Positions 56,517-64,000 of a stretch of 64,000 nucleotides of DNA are shown here, piece after piece. Location: assembly GCF_009914755.1 (NCBI RefSeq), contig NC_060932.1, one strand, 5' to 3'. Numbering within the stretch: the first letter of the stretch is position 1; every line of letters starts with the position of its first letter. Under the pieces are notes generated by a model. That model saw only the letters and a list, made by a program, of their open reading frames with translations. It did no database searches and was not told the origin of the DNA. Source of the stretch: the human T2T-CHM13v2.0 reference genome, Homo sapiens. A program made the translations under genes and the position numbers.

Positions 56517-58332
56517 TTTACTTTCATTTTCATTCAGTTCCATGTATTTTAAAATTTCTTTTGAAGGTTTTTTTTTTTTTTGGCCCATCCATGGGTTATT
56601 TAGAACTGTGTTGTGTAGTTTCCAAGTGATCAAAGATTTTCCTCTTATCTATTATTGATTTCTAGTTTGATTCCATTATAAACAGAATAATCTGTATTAT
56701 TTCACTGGTTTTAAATTTGTTGAGGTTTGTTTTATGACTTAGGTATTGTTTATCTTTGTGTATGTTCTATGTGCACTTGAAAAACAAAGTATATTCTTCT
56801 GTTTTGGGGTGAAGTATCTTATAAATATCAATTGACTTCTGCTGATTAATGATGTTGAGTTCTTCTATATCCTTGCTGATTTTCTGTCTAAAAGATTATC
56901 AGTTGTTGAGAGAGTGATATTCAAGTCCCCAACAATAATTGTGGATTTGTCTATTTCTTTTTCCAGTTCTACTAGCTTTTGCTTTGCATATGTTGCAGCC
57001 TATATATTTATATTTGGAGTGAGTTTCTTATGGACAGCATATATAGCAGATCATGTTTTTTAATTTACTATGCTAATCTCTTTTAATTGGTATACTTAGA
57101 TCATTTATATTTAAATTAATTATTGTTATGTTAGAGCTTAAGTATGCCATTCTAATTTTTTTTTCTATTTGTTCTTTCTGTTCTGCCTTTCTCTATTTTG
57201 TCTTTCCTGCCTTCTTCTGGGTTACTTGTACTTCCTTTTCAAATTGTTTTTATTTATCTATAGTATTATTAAATATATCTTTTCATGTAGTTTTTTTAGT
57301 GATTGTTCTAGGTATTATGTCATGCATTCATAACTTATAGTCTTTTATGTTGTCATTTCACCAGTTCAAGTGAAGTATGGAAAACTTACCATCCCTTTTT
57401 CCTCACTAATTTATAATATAATTGTCTTAAATATTTCCTCCCCTACATACATCTTTGAACCACATCAGAGTATCATAATTTTTACTTCAACTATCAAAGA
57501 CAATTTAGAAAACTCAAGAGGAAAAGAAAAACCCATAGTACTTACCTATAGTTTTCTTACTGTATTCTTCCTTCCTGATGATTCGAAAATTCTCTTATCA
57601 TTTCCTTTCTGTTTGTGGAAAGGTTATTTTATAATTTCCTTCCTGTTTAGGAGAACTGAGCTATGCTTTTAGAATAAATCTACTGGCAACAAATTTGCTT
57701 AGTTTTCCTTAACCTGAGAATTTCTTGATTTCTCTTGATTCTTGAAGAGCATTTTTACTAGAATTCTGGGTTGACAGTTCCTTTTTTTCAGTACCTGAAA
57801 AATATTTTACATCTTCTTCTGGCTTCCATGGTGTCTAATGAGAAATCTGTTGTTATTTCATTTGTTTTCCTCAAGAGTCAATATATTGTTTTTTTTTCTG
57901 TATACCTTCAATATTCTGTCTTGAGCTTTCAAAAATATAATTATGATATGTCTTGGCATCAATTTATTTGAGTTCATACTGTTTGGTATTCACTCAGCTT
58001 CTTGAATCTGTAGGTTTATGTTTCTTTCTAAATTATGGAAGTTTTCAGCCATTATTTTCTTAAGTACTTTTCCAGCCTCGATCTCTCTCCTTCCTTTTAA
58101 GGACTCCAATGACACAAATTTTAGATTTTTTTGTTATAGACCCCAAAAAGGAAGGTTTCTTCATTCATTTAGTCTATTTTCTCTCTGTAGTTCAGGTTAA
58201 GTAATTCCTATTTTTTTCTATCTTTCAGTTCACTGATTCTTTCTTCTGTCACTTCTTTTCTGATGTTCAGCCCATCTGCTAAGCTTTTTATTGGACTTTT
58301 TAAGTTATTTTTCAGTTTGAAATTTCCAGATG

Positions 58333-58464
58333 AGCCAGGCACAGTGGCTCATGCCTGTAATCCCAGGAATTTGGGAGGCTGAGGCAAAAGGATCACTTGA
58401 GGCCGGGAGTCTGAGACCAGCCTGGGCAACATAGTGAGACCCTCTCTCTCAAAAAAAAAAAAAA
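58333..58464 (+). mobile_element. FLAM_C-like Alu monomer
   Basis: Single left monomer with an A13 tail. Confidence 0.88.
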
Positions 58465-60549
58465 TCCATATGGTTCTTTTTTCTATTTTATATTTATTTG
58501 CTATCAATTCCTATTTCCTTTCTAAAACTACTTTTTCATCTGCATCATACATGTTCATAATTGCTGTTGAAACATTGTTCGTGATGGCTAAATTAAAATC
58601 TTTGTCAGATAATGCTAACACCTCTGTCATCTGGTGTTGTCCTCTATTGACTGTCATTTTTTATTTAATTTGAGATCTTTCTGATTCTTGGTATAAAGAG
58701 TGATTTTTTAAAATCTGGACATTTCTGTATTATGTCCTGAAACTCTGGATCTAATGTAAACCTTTTGTTTTAGCTGGCTTTTTTTTTTGACACCACTCTG
58801 GCAGTGAAAGTGGGGTGTGCTGCCTCATCATTACCAAGTAGAGGTAGAAGTCCATGTTCCTCACTCAGCCTCTGTTGACACCCAAGTAGGGAGGGCCTCC
58901 TCATTACTGGTGGGCAGGAGTGGGAGTTCTGGCTCCCCACATGGTCTCCACTGACACTGTGGTGGTAGTGGTTTCATTAACACTGGACAATGATTAAAGT
59001 CTTGACTGTCAATTAGTCCCCTTCCAACACCATCAGTGGAGAAAGGGAAGGGATTCTCATTACTGACAGGTGGGGGAGGAAGTCCAGTTTACCCACATGG
59101 TCTCCACTGACACTGCCAGTGTGAAATAGGGTCTCATTATTGGCTAGGAAGAATAAAAGTTCTGGCTCTCTACTTGGCCTTCTATAACATTACTCTGGCA
59201 GGGATGTTATGCATCTTGTTACAGCCTTGCTAGGGTGAAGATCAGGCTGCCCACTCAGACTTTGCTAGCATGGTTAGGAAGGGACCACAGTTTTTTCCTG
59301 TGATGTTTGACTGGCATAGAGCAGCTACTATCTAAATATTATCTATTTTGCTAGACTGCCTGTTACTAGTCATTTCATTAAAGAGCAGCCTTTTTTTTAG
59401 TTGCTTTTTATTGATTTATTTGTTGTCTGCACCAGTTGGTTTTTCCAGGTACTGCCTTCTTCTGTCCCAAGACTTTGATACATAGAGCTAAATAAAAGGA
59501 ATTCTGGGAAACTCTCTATTGTGTCCTTCCTTGATCTCAGAGTCCCTAGCTGATTTGTCTTCTTCTCTCCACCTTTGAAGTCTTCATATGTTTATTTTAT
59601 ACACACTATCCAGGTCTTAGTTGTACTTAGCCAAAGAAATAGGGGAATGTATGACTACTTCATCTTTGCACAAGGAGGAAATTAATAATCATATTTTATG
59701 AGAAAATCTTGAAATACACTTGGGACCTTCAGTTACCACTGTACATGCAGAACTCCATTGTTGCAGCAGAAGAGTGGCTGTGAGACCCCTCAAGAGGACA
59801 CCTTTTTGCTAGATCATGGTATTATGCTCTCATCTCAGAGGCTCTATGGGAAGAGTGATGTGTTTTAAATTTGAAAACATAAAACATTAGAAGAAGAGAA
59901 TGAAGCAGCCTTAAATGGAGTCTAAAAATTGAGTAAAGTTGGGCTGCACCACCTAACTGAGGGTAAACTTACCACAACTCTTCCTTTGCTGTGGCATTTG
60001 AGACTATGAATTAAATGGAACTTTGAATCAAATAATAAGTTTTTTAAAAAGCAAAAAAAACTTATGCTTATCTAAGGTTTACAGGCTTCATTTTTTTGAG
60101 AGGTTGCAACTTTACATAAAATGAAATCACCATAAAATGATATTGCCATAAAATGAAAGCTACTAACCTCAGCAGTGTAGGATGTGAGTAGAACTGGTTA
60201 GAGAAGGCAAGAAAGGGGATAAAAATCACAGAGGGCCCTGGTCACTAAAGTACACTTTAAAGAATATGCCAACTGTTCGTCATGTAGTAGATACTCATAA
60301 ATATGTGCTGAATTGAAGACGTGCAAGACGTGAACTAATTGTTAAGGCAAGAATTGAATACACTAAACATATCATTATATAATTGCTGTTTTCAGTTGTC
60401 CCCACTGCCCTGAAGACTCTATATTTGTATTTTTCAATGCATTAAGTGAGACATACTGTAGGCCATCAAAAATAGTTATTACATTCAATTAAAAAATGAT
60501 CACATTTAAAAAGGACAGAAAAAAAGAGAAGTGAAGGTTTGGCAGAGTT

Positions 60550-60965
60550 TGGGTAATTATTACTGCTATTCACCAATACTTTTGGTCCTTTTCTTACTGG
60601 AAACATGGTAGATTTTACTTTCTGATCCCCTGGAAGCCAGGCATGAGTTTGACCTTTAAAATACGGCAGATGAAGCATGTCACTTTCGGAGCCAGCTTTA
60701 AGAGCTTAGGTATGATTCTTCCATGTGGTTTTCCTGGGCTATGTCAAGCAGCACTGCTCCAGATGGAGGAGGCTGCATCTCTGGCTGCAGGCAAATCAAG
60801 CAGGGCAGGACATTTAGTGTGAGCAGGAAATTAATCAGGAAAGACAAAAATCAAGCAAGACATTTAATGTTAACAAAGAATCAATCTTTACTGTTTAAAA
60901 TGATTAAAAAAAAAGCAGGGGTTATTTGTTACTATAACATTACATAACCCATCCTGAATAATAGA
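60550..60965 (+). mobile_element. Old MLT1 (I/J-like) MaLR LTR
   Basis: catgtcactttc...ctttaagagc; ccagatggaggaggctgc; ggttatttgttacta...catcctgaataata end. Confidence 0.55.
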
Positions 60966-61537
60966 AAATAGTAAGAGTGTGTCTTTGGCAGTAGGATTAT
61001 AGGGGCTTTTTCTTTTCTTTTTTCTTATCTTCTCATATTTTGTATTTTTTCAAATAATGTTTTTATCTATTTTTTACTTTTGTAGAATGTGTATAGTTTA
61101 TAATAAGGAAACAAAATTAACTTAAACTGGGGGGCAGACACATTTTTATGATTTGAATATGTTTAAAATTTAAAATGATGTTATATTTTATTGACAAAGG
61201 TATAAATGTACAGGATTAATGCCATTTTCTTGAACTTAGAGTATGTTGGTGCATGATGCTCTTTAGTCTCCAAGAACACTGAAAGACAAAGTGTTACACT
61301 GTCATTGAACCAAGGCCTATGATCTTGAGATACATCTGCTCTAGCCCTTAAGAAATGCTCTTCCAGGAGGGCGGTAGGCCTCTTGGGGTTCTGGGAGACT
61401 TTTGTGTGACTGACAACTTCCCTTTTGTCTGCAGTTGGCGGATGTGATCAGGCAAGAGGCAACCAATAATGATGTGTTGACCATGAGAGGGGTGTGTTTG
61501 CTGATTTTCCCTTCCCTCACCTTCCCCTCTGTACAAA

Positions 61538-61586
<49 letters not shown>
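61538..61586. repeat. Compound dinucleotide microsatellite (CA)7(GA)17
   Basis: Read directly from the sequence. Confidence 0.95.
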
Positions 61587-61588
<2 letters not shown>

Positions 61589-62826
61589 AGAGAGTAGCAT
61601 GGCTGGGCTCATTCAAGAAGACCCAGAACATCTGCACATTGCCTTTATCAGACAGAAGGCCTTTCATGTGACTTGTATAGGAAGTACCTGAATAAAAATG
61701 ATTCTGTTTCTATTCTGGTGCAAGCTCAGAACTTCTAGACACAGGGTTCACATGTGTTTGTCTGCACATATTCACTGGATGACTTGAGTCAGATCAATGA
61801 AAGCCCATGCCTTCAATCTGGCAGAATCATCAACCAGGGATAATATAGAGAGTAATTACAGAGTCTCAGCACTGTAATTTTTCTTTCAACCTCCCCTGAC
61901 ACAATCAGAAGATAGTTTTTGATGTCTTTGATGATTGAGGCTTCATAAACTAAAACTAAGAATGTCTAGATATTTTAAAAGGTTAATATTTTGCAACTTT
62001 GCCTACTGTCAAGTATTATTTAGAGTTCCACTTCAGTAACCTAGAACTATATAACACACCATCAATAGAAATAAACCTCTTATTGGTCCCATTAAAAAGA
62101 TAGTGAAGCCCTGGTTTTATAAATAAATGCTTGTTTCTTATTCTTCTTCTGTCACCCCTCAGAACCACATTTAGTATGTGAAATAATGAATTCTACTTCT
62201 AAATAAGAAGTTAAAAGGAGCCAAAAGAAGTGATGATAGTGAATAGCGCTTATTATAAAGGAAACACTTTCGGGAATGGTCTCTTTTTTTAAGGAACCAA
62301 AAAACTTTTAGATCCTAAACTATACCTGGAGGAAAAAAGATAACCTTATTAAGAATCTTTACATTTCTTCAATTAGTTTTGGAATAGCAAGTTAGTGTAA
62401 ATGATCTCTCTAGCCCTACACTTGTTCTGTTAAGTTTTTGAAAATAAAAGAAACAAAACAAAACATATATACATATTCTGAAGGCAAAGGCCTTTTACTG
62501 ATATTGTCCAGTTTAGCCTTCAAAATATTTAGCACCTTTCTACTCTAAAATGTCTAGGTAGAGGAAAAAATTATTTTTAAAGTTTTTCAAATGGCAACCC
62601 TTAAGTGCAGTTTCATGTACTCACACTGGAAACTAGGTCTTGGCATGGAAGATGCCTGGGGATCCTGTAGACTCAAAGGGCTCTGAAAAAAAGTTAATAA
62701 CCTTTTTTCCTTGTTACTAAAAACGACCCGGGTGAGGCATCTCATATACCCGCAGGGAGCAGCTCGCTGCTGAACCATTTCCTCCGCCAGCCAGACTCCC
62801 TCGGCTTTCATCTCATCTTGCTAACA

Positions 62827-62864
62827 TTTTTTTTTTTTATTATACTTTAAGTTTTAGGGTACAT
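62827..62864 (-). mobile_element. Extremely truncated young L1PA 3' terminus
   Basis: T12 followed by attatactttaagttttagggtacat, identical to the recalled antisense end of L1HS/L1PA2. Confidence 0.75.
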
Positions 62865-63844
62865 ACAAAGATGTTTGTGGCAATGAAATTGATAGCAAAC
62901 TTGACTATTCATACAGCATTTAGAGATTCCTTCTTTTTTAATTCTATTAACTGAGATGAACCCAATCTGCTGAAGCCATTCATTGGGAGATCTCGGGACC
63001 TGGTCTTATAAGACTAGCTCAGACTTTCTGGCCATGGTCCCCTGTTCTGTAGATCTAATTAGCACCGAGAGCAGCTTCCTAGCATCTAAAACATAAGCTG
63101 ATCTGGATTCTAATGCCCTGATCTGGATTCTAAATTTGGAATCGTTTTTCTTAAATGCTCTTACTTCCTATTATTTACGAAATAGGTTGATCTGCAGAAA
63201 AGGGTGCTCATATTCCCTCAACTAGCGGAATCAGCTAGCCCATTAATCAACAAGTATCTTTTCCCTAGGATCTACTATGTGCCCCAGGGTGCACTGGAGC
63301 TAGTACTGCAATGTGTGAAAAAGTTGTTATAACCTTGTTAGCATTTGGTTGATTCCACAGAGCTCCATCTCCTAAGAGCCTTTGAAATCCTTTTGCAACT
63401 ACTTCCTACACAGCCAGCACTCACTCACCCAGAAAGTTCAGTTACTGTCATGATTAAGCCGGTGGAGAGGGTGGGAGCGGGAGAGTGGAAATGAGGATAA
63501 AGAGAGAGATCTTGTGCTGAGAGCCTGTAAGCCTTCGTTACCTAACGCAATGAAGAATTCAGATTCCCCTCACTCCTCAGGCTGCATGAGCTTCTGTGCC
63601 AAGTAGAAGGTCATGTAACTGTGATTTGAAAAAGACAGGCCTGGAACCCATGCACAATTTTAAAGTTATGCATGGAGTCAAAGGGAGAGAAGGGAGACAA
63701 GGGGAATAAAGACATCCTTAACAACTAGGAAGTGAGTGTGTTTTCTTCCTCTCCTCATCCTGAAGCTAGAGCTTCTACCAGGCAGGAAAAACAGGTTGTT
63801 CTTTGGGGCATTGGTCCTGCTGGTCCAGTCTAACAAGGTGTGCT

Positions 63845-63880
63845 TACTAATCGGTGTGCATTTCTCTCTTTCTGCCCCAG
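63845..63880 (+). promoter_or_regulatory. Branch point, polypyrimidine tract and 3' splice site of the CLVS1 exon
   Basis: TACTAAT at 63845-63851 (near-consensus branch site, A about 30 nt from the AG), an AG-free zone and a pyrimidine tract ending in CCCCAG. Confidence 0.8.
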
Positions 63881-63991
63881 GACAGCTTTCCTGCCCGCTT
63901 TGGAGGAGTCCACTTTGTCAACCAGCCCTGGTACATTCATGCCCTCTACACACTCATCAAGCCATTTCTTAAAGACAAGACCAGGAAACGG
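63881..63991 (+). CDS. CLVS1: Internal coding exon of clavesin-1 (CRAL-TRIO/Sec14 lipid-binding domain), phase 0/0, 37 codons
   Basis: Acceptor tttctctctttctgccccAG at 63880 and donor CGG|GTAATG at 63992. Translates to [37 protein letters not shown], which I recognise as clavesin. The residues GGVH, YTLIKP and LKDK match CLVS1 rather than CLVS2 (GGIH, YTVIRP, LKEK, as recalled). Confidence 0.95.
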
Positions 63992-64000
63992 GTAATGAAA

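Noticed and set aside
58890-59120. Repeated ccacatggtctccactgacactg units, superficially array-like
   Set aside because: Internal repeats of the ancient L1M 5' UTR, not an independent array.
62585-62690. Possible snoRNA or other structured ncRNA
   Set aside because: I could not place convincing C/D or H/ACA boxes with terminal stems, and I do not recognise the sequence.
63736-63972. 78-aa ORF overlapping the exon
   Set aside because: Wrong frame. The clavesin peptide is in a different frame, defined by the splice sites at 63881 and 63991.

Overview
Primate, most likely human or great-ape, genomic DNA. It is AT-rich, CpG-poor and about half interspersed repeats. The only supportable protein-coding sequence is a 111-nt, + strand exon at 63881-63991 ([37 protein letters not shown]), which I recognise as part of the CRAL-TRIO/Sec14 domain of clavesin-1 (CLVS1). 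The preceding ~63.9 kb is therefore most simply one long phase-0 CLVS1 intron. It is filled with Alu/FLAM, L1 (mostly antisense), L2, MIR, solo LTRs (MaLR, ERVL, MER4-group ERV1) and DNA-transposon fossils. Subfamily names come from recalled consensus sequences, not from a RepeatMasker run. I found no evidence for a new multi-gene system, and almost all listed ORFs are repeat-derived or chance. The most interesting signals are three non-tandem local duplications of partly unique DNA, 1.4-1.9 kb from their donors. One has fold-back/patchwork junctions typical of polymerase-theta end joining, and one is flanked by a 17-bp target duplication. Other signals are atypical retroinsertions (a tail-less Alu, an Alu with AATAAA + spacer + second poly(A), a ~38-bp young L1, an orphan inverted ORF2 piece), a nearly abutting inverted Alu pair, and several candidate cryptic, poison or recursive splice elements.
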